Shown here: in pieces, positions 26,783-34,110 of the stretch | Layout: each line of letters begins with the position of its first letter | How positions within the stretch are numbered: the first letter of the stretch is position 1 | Virus record (IMG/VR): IMGVR_UViG_3300005805_000191 | DNA: 39,722 bases | From: a virus | Strand: one strand, 5' to 3' | Made by a program: the position numbers and the translations under genes | Notes under the pieces: model-generated | The model's database searches: none | The model's input: only the letters and a program-made list of their open reading frames with translations | Told to the model about the DNA's origin: nothing

Positions 26783-27049
26783 TTAGGCCGCTTGAGGCCG
26801 CTCAGGGCGCATGCACTTGCCGTTGTGCGCGCAGTGCGGTTGCCATACGCAGTCGTGCTCGGTGGCGCACTTCCGGCGGCTTTCGGTTGCCAGCGCTGCA
26901 TGCAGCCGGCGCAACTCTTTGGCGGCTTCGTAGTACAGCCGCTCCCCGTACTGCAATCCGTGGTCTTCCAGCCGGTCAGCGAGCGACCTAACCCCTCGCT
27001 CAACCTGACCCAAATGGGCAGGCTGCGCCGTCTCGTGTTTATGCTTCAT
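26783..27049 (-). CDS. hypothetical Cys/His-rich protein (88 aa)
   Basis: SD AGGAG. The frame was chosen over the overlapping ORF 26749..27003 on composition and GC3. Confidence 0.55.
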   Translation of the reverse strand: MKHKHETAQPAHLGQVERGVRSLADRLEDHGLQYGERLYYEAAKELRRLHAALATESRRKCATEHDCVWQPHCAHNGKCMRPERPQAA

Positions 27050-27086
27050 CTGCTGCTCCTTTAATCAGGTTAGCTCAATCGTTAGG
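26987..27086 (-). repeat. 100-nt inverted-repeat structure bracketing the SD and start of gene 26783..27049
   Basis: Arms CCTAACCCCTCGCTCAACCTGA (26987-27008) and TCAGGTTAGCTCAATCGTTAGG (27065-27086). Same architecture as 26057..26155, with a covarying inner helix. Confidence 0.75.
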
Positions 27087-27336
27087 CATCAAAGCGTAGC
27101 GCCTCCAGTCGCGCAAGTTGATTGCGCAAGCTAACAATCTTTGCCTGGCGCATCACCTCGGCGCGAGCCAAAGCACTTTCGCGCGTGCGGTGCCACTCTT
27201 TACCCTCGCCGTGCAGGTATTCTTGCCGGGGCAGCAATCCGACCCTGACAGTTGAGCTGCCAACTTCCCCATATTCCTCGCCCTCTTGCTCGATCAATCC
27301 CTCTGTAAGGGCGTATTTGCTGTTCCAAATCTTCAT
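27082..27336 (-). CDS. hypothetical protein (84 aa)
   Basis: ATGA-coupled ORF with coding-like composition. Confidence 0.55.
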   Translation of the reverse strand: MKIWNSKYALTEGLIEQEGEEYGEVGSSTVRVGLLPRQEYLHGEGKEWHRTRESALARAEVMRQAKIVSLRNQLARLEALRFDA

Positions 27337-27593
27337 GGCTTCTCCAAGTTGATGTCTAAACTGGCGTTAGGGGTCGCGTTGCATACCGGGCATGGTTTCC
27401 CCCTCTTCGCTTCTGTAACCGTGGCCAGGTACATCCAGCCGGTTTCGTGGCCGCATCGCTTGCACTGCATCCGCACCATTGCTCCGCTTCCGTCTTCCTC
27501 GCAGCATCCGCCCGCATCGCATACGTGCATCAGCTTCTCCGGCGCTTTGCGTGGCGGTTTCAGTTCTGCAAACATGTCTGATGTCCGTGGCAT
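27333..27593 (-). CDS. zinc-ribbon-like protein (CxxC...CxxC)
   Basis: ATG 27593 follows GTTAGGGGGAACC. Has CKRCGH...CPVC Cys pairs. Confidence 0.55.
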   Translation of the reverse strand: MPRTSDMFAELKPPRKAPEKLMHVCDAGGCCEEDGSGAMVRMQCKRCGHETGWMYLATVTEAKRGKPCPVCNATPNASLDINLEKP

Positions 27594-27627
27594 GGTTCCC
27601 CCTAACTCGGCGCTCGTTCGGACGGCG

Positions 27628-27909
27628 TTAGGCAGCACGGGCAGCCGTGTCCCACTCGCGCCGCAGCTTGTCCAGAATCTCGGCGTCGTGTGTGCTGAGC
27701 GGCTGACCCACGCGCTGCGCCAGGTTGAAAGCTACGTTGCTGAGTTGGCCGCCAATCGCCTTGGCAGCGGCGTGGCGCTTGTCGCATCCAGCAATCGCCA
27801 ACGCCTCTACCCGCTGCGCGAACGCATGCACAGTGCGGCCAGTCGGCACGCCTTCTGGCGCACCGCGCGTCACGTCTCGCCATTCTCGGTTTGCTGTCTT
27901 TCGGTCCAT
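27628..27909 (-). CDS. hypothetical protein (93 aa)
   Basis: ATG 27909 lies 8 nt after GGAG. Its last 25 nt region is identical to that of the upstream neighbour. Confidence 0.5.
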   Translation of the reverse strand: MDRKTANREWRDVTRGAPEGVPTGRTVHAFAQRVEALAIAGCDKRHAAAKAIGGQLSNVAFNLAQRVGQPLSTHDAEILDKLRREWDTAARAA

Positions 27910-27931
27910 CTTCATCTCTCCTTCTTCGGCG

Positions 27932-28144
27932 TTAGGCAGCACGGGCAGCCGCCAGCGCCACCAAGATTGCGTCCAGTTCTTCCCAGCGAAACGCGCCAGC
28001 CATCCGCAACGGCATATCTGGCCCTGCGCCGTGCACCATGATCGAAGCGCCTTCGCAGTTCGACCAGGTGTTGATGGTCACGGTCATCTTGCCGGCGTCC
28101 ACGAAAATCTCTTTGCTGTCGGTTTTCAGTGTTTCGAGTTTCAT
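27932..28144 (-). CDS. hypothetical protein (70 aa)
   Basis: ATGA-coupled ORF. Confidence 0.5.
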   Translation of the reverse strand: MKLETLKTDSKEIFVDAGKMTVTINTWSNCEGASIMVHGAGPDMPLRMAGAFRWEELDAILVALAAARAA

Positions 28145-28410
28145 TCGTTGTTGATCGCCTGGAGGATGTTTTCTATTTTTCCGCTGTCGTCCTGGGCGGG
28201 AGCGCTAACGCGAATCATGGCGTGGATGCGCTCGGTCAGAACTTTCACGTAGCCCTCCATGAAAATCGACTGACAGCGCAGGCGGGTAGCTTCGGCTTCT
28301 TTCAAGACGGTAAAGCCCGGCGTCTGAAGAAACGCCTTCAGCTTGTTGTAGCGTTCGGTCAGTTCGCGGTGTTCGTCAAGCAAGCGCTCTTCGTGCGTGG
28401 TCAAGTTCAT
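28141..28410 (-). CDS. hypothetical helical protein (89 aa)
   Basis: ERLLDEHRELTERYNKLKAFL... is a pattern common in small phage helical proteins. ATGA-coupled. Confidence 0.55.
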   Translation of the reverse strand: MNLTTHEERLLDEHRELTERYNKLKAFLQTPGFTVLKEAEATRLRCQSIFMEGYVKVLTERIHAMIRVSAPAQDDSGKIENILQAINNE

Positions 28411-28730
28411 ATCTGTAGTCCTTCAACGTCGGTGCGTGAATCGGGGCACGCACCTGACCCCTGATCGTTGTTGTGGTGCCATGCGCGGCGCCGCTTAAGC
28501 TGGCGTTGGGCCGCAGCATCAATCTGTGCGTTCAGCCAAGCCTTTATCTTGTCGTGTCGCTTCCTGAACTGCGCTGCGTTGCCCCAATACCATCCTTCGT
28601 TCTCGCAGTGCCGCGCATAGTCCAGCAGTTGGTGCAGTTCGGTGCGGCTCAAGCCTGTGGCGCTTTTGCGTCCGCGTGGCGGCCTAACCTGGCAGTCAAC
28701 CGGACTTGCGCCGGCAGCAGTGTTGTTCAT
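28407..28730 (-). CDS. hypothetical protein (107 aa)
   Basis: ATG 28730 after AAGGAAG. The longer 177-aa track ORF has an Arg-rich, junk-like N-terminal extension. Confidence 0.5.
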   Translation of the reverse strand: MNNTAAGASPVDCQVRPPRGRKSATGLSRTELHQLLDYARHCENEGWYWGNAAQFRKRHDKIKAWLNAQIDAAAQRQLKRRRAWHHNNDQGSGACPDSRTDVEGLQI

Positions 28731-28984
28731 CGAACTTCCTTTCGGCGCAAGCCGGTTACTTTTACGTTGGGCGTGTGTCCGCGTTCGTCGCCGGCCTCCA
28801 GAATGCTCATCAGGCCACGCAAGTTTATGCGCGCCAATGCGCCAGTCATGGCGTCCACGTCCTCGCCGTTCGGATGCAGCACTTGGCGCAGAAGCATGGC
28901 GTAGTAGGCCGCGCTGTCGCCACGGATGAACACTCCGCACCAGTCGTCCCCGAATCGCGTCGGGCCAGTCTCAACGCGCGGCAT
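28727..28984 (-). CDS. hypothetical protein (85 aa; start uncertain, TTG 29023 possible)
   Basis: ORF frame 28727..29023. Internal ATG at 28984. Weak SD. Confidence 0.4.
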   Translation of the reverse strand: MPRVETGPTRFGDDWCGVFIRGDSAAYYAMLLRQVLHPNGEDVDAMTGALARINLRGLMSILEAGDERGHTPNVKVTGLRRKEVR

Positions 28985-29007
28985 CTGAGGCGGTAGCTCG
29001 CGCACGC

Positions 29008-29397
29008 CTAACCCCGCTCGCAAGCGCGACCCATCGCAACGCTTTGCGGTACTGGTAGCAGGGCAAGCTCATCGCTAGCAGCAGCGCCATTTTTGTTGGC
29101 AGGTTTTCTTCGTAACCTCGTCACGAGACGAAGCACGTCATCACGCACGCACTCATCGTGCAAAGGCATGTAGGTGTAGTGGCAGCCTTTATAGGTCATT
29201 CCGCCATAGTGACGTGCGATGCTGAAAAATCCCATGCTCACGTCGCACAGCACAAACGGCGCGCGTTTGTGCAGAGTTTGCGCGGCCTGAACCTCGTCTG
29301 CTGTCAGGTAGCTAGTGCGCTTTCGGTCTTCGGCCTGCGCGTCGAGGCCGAACCCCTTGCTTGAGCCGACCTTGCGCTGCGTTGCGTCATCAGTCAT
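29008..29397 (-). CDS. hypothetical protein (129 aa)
   Basis: ATG 29397 after AAGGGTG. N-terminus MTDD...KVGSSKGFG is paralogous to that of gene 25693..26115. Confidence 0.55.
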   Translation of the reverse strand: MTDDATQRKVGSSKGFGLDAQAEDRKRTSYLTADEVQAAQTLHKRAPFVLCDVSMGFFSIARHYGGMTYKGCHYTYMPLHDECVRDDVLRLVTRLRRKPANKNGAAASDELALLPVPQSVAMGRACERG

Positions 29398-29453
29398 TTT
29401 CACCCTTTGGCCACTCGTAGCGGTTTTGCTTTAACCATTGCGCCGTTTCTGGT

Positions 29454-30080
29454 TCATCGCACTTCCACATTCAAACAAATCTCCCTAAGCTTGTCCGCCT
29501 GACTCTTCCGTGTGGCGGCCCATGCGTCGGCCCATGCTGCGCTTGGTGCGGCACATGCGGCTCTCTCTGCGGCCCGTGCGGCGGCACATGCTGCGGCACA
29601 TGCGGCATTCTCTGCGGCCAGTGCAGCATTCTCTGCGGCACATGCGGCATTCTCTGCGGCCCGTGCGGCGTTCCATGCAGCCCATGCGGCATTTTCTGCG
29701 GCCCGTGCGGCGGCACATGCTGCGCCCCATGCGGCTCTCTTTGCGGCCAGTGCGGCGGCACATGCGGCCGACAATTCGGCTGCGGTAGCCGTCCCGTGCG
29801 CGTACTTTGTTGCCACATCCAGTGCCTCCACGCTGCGCGGGTCTGTCATTAGATGCTGCACTTGCCGAGCGCACCAGACTGCATAAAGGCGAATTTCCCG
29901 TTCATGGCCATCAACGGCCCGCAGGCACCACAGCGCGTCTTCTATTCCGTTGCTGTCCAGAATCTGGACAATCGAAAGCTGTTCGGCGTCGTCCTTGGTC
30001 TTGCCGAGGAAGCGCAGCAGCTTTCGCCAGCCGTCAAGACAAGGTTTATGCTTTTTAATAGCTTTCAGCGTGGTAATCAT
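29454..30080 (-). CDS. Ala-rich heptad-repeat protein (208 aa)
   Basis: Helical Cys/Trp-containing N-terminal domain, then about 13 AAxAAxx heptads (AARAAEN AAWAAWN AARAAEN AACAAEN ...). Confidence 0.65.
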   Translation of the reverse strand: MITTLKAIKKHKPCLDGWRKLLRFLGKTKDDAEQLSIVQILDSNGIEDALWCLRAVDGHEREIRLYAVWCARQVQHLMTDPRSVEALDVATKYAHGTATAAELSAACAAALAAKRAAWGAACAAARAAENAAWAAWNAARAAENAACAAENAALAAENAACAAACAAARAAERAACAAPSAAWADAWAATRKSQADKLREICLNVEVR

Positions 30081-30094
30081 TCGCCCCTCCGCTG

Positions 30095-30526
30095 TTAAAA
30101 CGGCACGTCGTCATCTATCGACGCAAGCTCCGGCATTGGCAGCGCGTCTGGCTTTTGCTGCGGCTTCTGACCCTGTGCAGGTGCGGCGGCTGCAGAATCT
30201 CCGCGCTCCGCACGCGAGCCAGCAAGCTCAATCTCGCTCACCCGAGCAGCGAGCTTGTAGCCAGTGCTGCCGTCGCGCTTGACGTACTCCTCGATGTGCG
30301 GGTCTGTGCACGTAACGCACACCTGCGTCCCTGCCGTCAAATACTGCGCCAGCGCTTCCGCAAGTTTTCCCCAAAGCGTGGCCTCTACCCATTGCGTCGG
30401 GCGCTTGCCGTCGTTGCTTTTGAGTCCGTAGGCATAAGCGAGCGATAGATTGCAGACCGCCGTGTTGTTCGCGGTGTATCGAACTTCTGCGTCGCGGCCC
30501 AGGCGGGCCAGTCCGGTGAGGATCAT
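30095..30526 (-). CDS. ssb: single-stranded DNA-binding protein
   Basis: OB-fold-like N-terminus (LTGLARLGRDAEVRYTANNTAVCNLSLA...W), Gly/Gln/Pro linker, acidic tail IDDDVPF. Confidence 0.9.
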   Translation of the reverse strand: MILTGLARLGRDAEVRYTANNTAVCNLSLAYAYGLKSNDGKRPTQWVEATLWGKLAEALAQYLTAGTQVCVTCTDPHIEEYVKRDGSTGYKLAARVSEIELAGSRAERGDSAAAAPAQGQKPQQKPDALPMPELASIDDDVPF

Positions 30527-31113
30527 TGTGCGGCTCCTTCATTCGTGATCTGTTTCATGCGAGCGTCATACGCTGCCTTGTACTTGTCGCGCTGTCCTGC
30601 GTCTGCTGTGGACTTGTACGCGGCTCCGAAAGCGGCCCGCAGTTTCCCGGCGGTGTCCGCCGCGTTGATTGCTGCGTCGTGGTCTACCTGCGCCGCCTCT
30701 GCTACTCGCAGTTTTTTGACGGTATGCAGCACTTTCTTGCCCTTGGTTGCCGTAAGCGCTACCTGCAAGTCTCGGTCGATGTGCGACAGGTGGCTAATGC
30801 GGATTCCGCCGACTTCCATCGAGCCGAACTTGACGGTCGGTTCGTTGAATAACGTCATGGATTTGCCGGGCCACTGACGGCCATCCTTGCCCCACGCGAG
30901 AATCAGCAGCTTGCGCATGGTCTTGCACGGCTTGTATGGCCTGCCGTTCTCGCCTTCGTAGTGAACGATTACTGGCTGTTCGTCGCCGCTGCCGATGCGA
31001 ACATCGGTGACTTTGATCGTGATCGGGCCGGCGAGAAGTTGCTCGGCGTTCAATTGATCCGACTTCGGCACTATTGTTGGCGTCAGGTCGGAGAGGTCAT
31101 TCGTCATAGTCAA
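30523..31113 (-). CDS. hypothetical recombination-module protein (196 aa)
   Basis: Lies between the exonuclease and SSB genes. No Walker motif. A possible ssDNA-binding or annealing role is inferred from position only. Confidence 0.5.
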   Translation of the reverse strand: MTMTNDLSDLTPTIVPKSDQLNAEQLLAGPITIKVTDVRIGSGDEQPVIVHYEGENGRPYKPCKTMRKLLILAWGKDGRQWPGKSMTLFNEPTVKFGSMEVGGIRISHLSHIDRDLQVALTATKGKKVLHTVKKLRVAEAAQVDHDAAINAADTAGKLRAAFGAAYKSTADAGQRDKYKAAYDARMKQITNEGAAQ

Positions 31114-31864
31114 GCTCCAAGGTGTCGGCCCATGCGGGCAGGGTTAAAGGCTGCACTTCAAGGTAGCGCCCAGGCCAGATGCCTGTCGCGCGGCACTCTG
31201 CTACTCGGCGCAGCAGCGTGCGGACTTCTTCTCGCGCCACTGCAAACGCCATGTCGTCGACCACGAACACGGCTACGTCGTGCGGCGGCTGTTTCTCGGC
31301 AACGATGATGACCCGCGCGTTTACTTCGTACCCGTTGTGCTCAAGCCCGTTCGCGTAGTGCGCGATTTGCATGTGATAGCCGTAACGCGCTGCCTCTGCT
31401 CCGAACCTACGGGCTTCTGTACTGCCTGCGGTTTTGAAGTCCACAAGCACGTCTGCATTCACGCAGTCAGGGCGGCCCTTGCATTGCAGGTCGGTACCGC
31501 CGTCGCGCCAGTACACGGGCTTCTCGTAGATTCCACCTTTCAGGTAGCCACGCGCTATGTCGTTCGCCATCACTGCGGCGGCAATGGTGCGGGCGCGTTG
31601 CGCTTCGTCCGCTGTAAGGATCGTGCGAGTCTCGGTTTCCTTGAAAACGTCGTAGGCTTTGCCGCGCCTCGGGCCGCTCCATACTGCAAACTTGCTGTCG
31701 AACGTGTCCGGTTCAAAAAGCGCTGTGTGTGCTGCGCGGCCAAAGACGAAAGCGGCGGTGTCTGCGCGCGGGTTTTCGAGCGCGTACTTGTAGGCGGCTG
31801 GACTGTCGCGCATGTGTTTTAGCGTTGACCAATTGACGGCCTGAATGCTGTCGTAGTCGGTCAT
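31097..31864 (-). CDS. PD-(D/E)XK exonuclease (RecE/Cas4-like, DUF3799-like)
   Basis: ATG 31864, ATGA-coupled. The GRPD...VLVDFKT motif equals D...(D/E)xK. The upstream part of the track ORF is Arg-rich junk. Confidence 0.75.
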   Translation of the reverse strand: MTDYDSIQAVNWSTLKHMRDSPAAYKYALENPRADTAAFVFGRAAHTALFEPDTFDSKFAVWSGPRRGKAYDVFKETETRTILTADEAQRARTIAAAVMANDIARGYLKGGIYEKPVYWRDGGTDLQCKGRPDCVNADVLVDFKTAGSTEARRFGAEAARYGYHMQIAHYANGLEHNGYEVNARVIIVAEKQPPHDVAVFVVDDMAFAVAREEVRTLLRRVAECRATGIWPGRYLEVQPLTLPAWADTLELDYDE

Positions 31865-32148
31865 TTCGTCCTCGCCATCCGCGCCGATCCGCCAAAGCAT
31901 CCGCGCTCGTCGCCGGTGTAGGTGTGGATCGTGTAGGCCAGCTCTCCGCGTGCGCACTTGGCCATAGCTGCCTGCCGGTCGGCTTCGATCAGCGCTCGGG
32001 CGTCGCGCTCGCCGACTGCGGTGAACCACCACTGCACGGGGCCAGCAATCAGGACGGCAGCGACGATCACGGACACGATGCACCCTGCGGAAAATCCACC
32101 AACGTAAACTGTGCGTGAGTCAGTCGCAAAATGATCAATCTTTGACAT
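31861..32148 (-). CDS. small membrane protein (95 aa, one TM)
   Basis: ATG 32148. TM segment GGFSAGCIVSVIVAAVLIAGPV. Confidence 0.5.
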   Translation of the reverse strand: MSKIDHFATDSRTVYVGGFSAGCIVSVIVAAVLIAGPVQWWFTAVGERDARALIEADRQAAMAKCARGELAYTIHTYTGDERGCFGGSARMARTK

Positions 32149-32161
32149 TGGCACACTCCTG

Positions 32162-32506
32162 TCAGGCGTCAGCCGCCGCGCGCCGCACCAACGCCACAGC
32201 AATCGATTTGCCCTCGCTGCCGCAGTGAAAGCGCCACCCTGGAAACTCAGGAAACTCAATCTTAGTGTCTCGCGTGCTGTCGTCCCGCGACACGTACAGC
32301 ACCGGGCATCCGTTGTGACTTTTTGTGCTGCCGCTGATATAAGCGCGGTCGTAGGAGTCGATGTAGAAGCACACCGCATCTTTCCCTCCGGCCATCATGT
32401 AGCCTAGGCAGTGCGCCATACGCACGTCGCCTTGTGTCAGGATTCGGAAAGTCGTTTTTTTAATTTGTCGTTTTACTGGCTTGTTGTTGCTTTTCAGGTT
32501 TTTCAC
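32162..32506 (-). CDS. hypothetical protein (114 aa, Lys-rich N-terminus)
   Basis: GTG 32506 lies 8 nt after a perfect AGGAGG. Confidence 0.6.
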   Translation of the reverse strand: MKNLKSNNKPVKRQIKKTTFRILTQGDVRMAHCLGYMMAGGKDAVCFYIDSYDRAYISGSTKSHNGCPVLYVSRDDSTRDTKIEFPEFPGWRFHCGSEGKSIAVALVRRAAADA

Positions 32507-32518
32507 GTGTCGTTCCTC

Positions 32519-33283
32519 CTAATTTGAGCTAGCCATTACAAATCGGGCCGCAAGCTCTGGCACTATGGCATTGCCGAATCCAGCCAGGATCGCGGATAGC
32601 CCATCATTGTTGCGCACAAGAGTGGGTCTACGTTCGCCCCCACGATCCGATGACCACCAGCCGCCAAATACAGTGAGGCCAGGTAGTCCTCCAGTTGCGA
32701 TCTGTGGTCGCCACTCTCCGCCCGTCTCCAGCACACCGTGTGCGTCCCCATGCTTGCCCGTGGTGTCGGCAGCCACCCAGTAGATGCGCGCTCGTGCGTG
32801 CGATCCACCGATGCTTGCAGCCGGCAAATCTGCCGCCGCAGCGGCGTAGTTTGCGCTCTCCAGGTCAGACGCCACATGATCCCACCATGCGTATCCAGCA
32901 GCGCCGGCAACCTGCTCACCAAAGACCTTTGCAGGGCGGCGCTCGCGGATGAGGTCGAAGAACGTAGGCCATAGGTGGCGCTCATCGTTGCTGCCACGCT
33001 GGCGGCCTGCCGCGCTGAACGGCTGGCAGGGGCAGGAGCCTGTCCAAACAGGTCTGTCATCGGGCCATCCTGCAAGCCGCAGGGCTGCGCTCCATCCGCC
33101 GATGCCGGCGAAGAAATGGCACTGTGTGTAGCCTCGCAAGTCATCGGGTTGCACCTCTGTGATGCTTCTCTCGTCGACGTCGCCTGGAGCGATTTTGCCC
33201 GACGCTATCAGGTTGCGCAGCCACTGAGCAGCAAATCGGTTGTGCTCGTTATAGTAATTTTTCGCGGCGATTGTTTTTTCCAT
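32519..33283 (-). CDS. DNA (cytosine-5) methyltransferase, compact
   Basis: Motif I FFAGIGG, motif IV SCPCQPFS, motif VI-like FGEQV, motif VIII-like ARARIYW, motif X GNAIVP. Confidence 0.8.
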   Translation of the reverse strand: MEKTIAAKNYYNEHNRFAAQWLRNLIASGKIAPGDVDERSITEVQPDDLRGYTQCHFFAGIGGWSAALRLAGWPDDRPVWTGSCPCQPFSAAGRQRGSNDERHLWPTFFDLIRERRPAKVFGEQVAGAAGYAWWDHVASDLESANYAAAAADLPAASIGGSHARARIYWVAADTTGKHGDAHGVLETGGEWRPQIATGGLPGLTVFGGWWSSDRGGERRPTLVRNNDGLSAILAGFGNAIVPELAARFVMASSN

Positions 33284-33344
33284 TGCGTTTTTTTGGCTGA
33301 GTTGCTTTTTTCGCTGAGTCGGCTATTTCTTTCCTAACTCCAAG

Positions 33345-33854
33345 TTAGCCATCTCGCGCCTGGCCACCACTGAACACCGCCACGCTAAGCTTCGTCTCCG
33401 AAAGCTCGCTGATCGCCTTCAGTGCAGCAGCCATGCGCTCCGCATTTGCCACGGCGCGCTCGAACCCCGCAGTTGTCAGCACGGCCTGGGCCGCTTGATA
33501 CGCCTGCTTCATTTGCAGCGCCTCGCTTTGCACACGCGACCCGGCCGCCTTTATAGAAGTCAGGTCGTTCGCCAGTGTGGACTTGAACTTGTCCATCGCC
33601 GCCTTCAAAGACTTCAGCGCATCTTCAGCCGCGCCGCTCGTTTCGACTGCTGCTTGTTCGACATCCATTGCCATTCCCCTTGTCAGTGACAGTTGCCATA
33701 TCGGCGTGTTCGCGAATTGCTCGACTTCCCACCTGCGCCATTGCGCGCCGCGCCAGCCGGCTACCGGCGCGGGAAGGCATCCGCGCGAGAAGGCGAATGC
33801 TTTTTCTGGGCATACCCAGTTGCCGTCAACGACCGGCACTGGAAACCACCTCAC
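33345..33854 (-). CDS. hypothetical coiled-coil protein (start uncertain: GTG 33854, ATG 33674 or ATG 33668)
   Basis: The C-terminal ~108 aa are clearly coding and helical. The N-terminal extension carries an AlpA/Xis-like remnant (LPAPVAGWRGAQWRRWEVEQF). Confidence 0.45.
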   Translation of the reverse strand: MRWFPVPVVDGNWVCPEKAFAFSRGCLPAPVAGWRGAQWRRWEVEQFANTPIWQLSLTRGMAMDVEQAAVETSGAAEDALKSLKAAMDKFKSTLANDLTSIKAAGSRVQSEALQMKQAYQAAQAVLTTAGFERAVANAERMAAALKAISELSETKLSVAVFSGGQARDG

Positions 33855-34110
33855 AAGAAGCCGGGCTGATAGCGCCGCAAACCAGCGTGCGCTGTTCGCT
33901 CACGCCGTCGGCCTTGTAGCCGCTTAGCTTGAACGCGATGGGCATGGCGTTCTTCAGGATGCCCATGCACATCAGCCCGTCGTCATTCACGCCAGCCGTG
34001 GCCTTTGCCAGCGCTTCAGCAAATTCGCTGATGAATGTGTCCGTGTCGGTGGCCGTGGTCTGAATCACGAACTCACCCGAACCTTTGTTGTCTGAAAAGA
34101 TGCGTACCAT
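33826..34110 (-). CDS. hypothetical protein (94 aa)
   Basis: ATG 34110 after ACGGAGAAAAC. Confidence 0.5.
   Translation of the reverse strand: MVRIFSDNKGSGEFVIQTTATDTDTFISEFAEALAKATAGVNDDGLMCMGILKNAMPIAFKLSGYKADGVSEQRTLVCGAISPASCEVVSSAGR

Noticed and set aside
26749-27003. ORF 26749..27003(-) as a gene.
   Set aside because: It starts at a TTG inside the repeated motif. Its product is Cys/Thr/Pro/Gly-rich and junk-like. It almost fully overlaps the better-looking frame 26783..27049, which has an SD.
26057-27086. MITE-like mobile elements as the explanation for the two ~100-bp inverted-repeat units.
   Set aside because: The sequences between the arms are unrelated and carry the genuine SD and start codons of different genes. 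The inner arm segments differ but remain complementary, which is covariation. This argues for a selected structure rather than copies of one element.
28432-28455. 8-bp GC hairpin GGTGCGTG...CACGCACC as a transcription terminator inside the leftward operon.
   Set aside because: No U-tract follows it on the coding strand. It lies inside the open reading frame 28407..28730, just before an ATGA-coupled junction. It is more likely an incidental or translational-coupling structure.
28407-28940. 177-aa ORF 28407..28940(-) as one gene.
   Set aside because: The N-terminal 70 residues are Arg-rich and overlap frame 28727..29023. The internal ATG at 28730 has an SD and is ATGA-coupled to the upstream gene.
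31865-32083. N-terminal extension of the exonuclease ORF (31097..32083).
   Set aside because: The extension is Arg-rich junk overlapping the membrane-protein gene 31861..32148. ATG 31864 gives a typical N-terminus and ATGA coupling.
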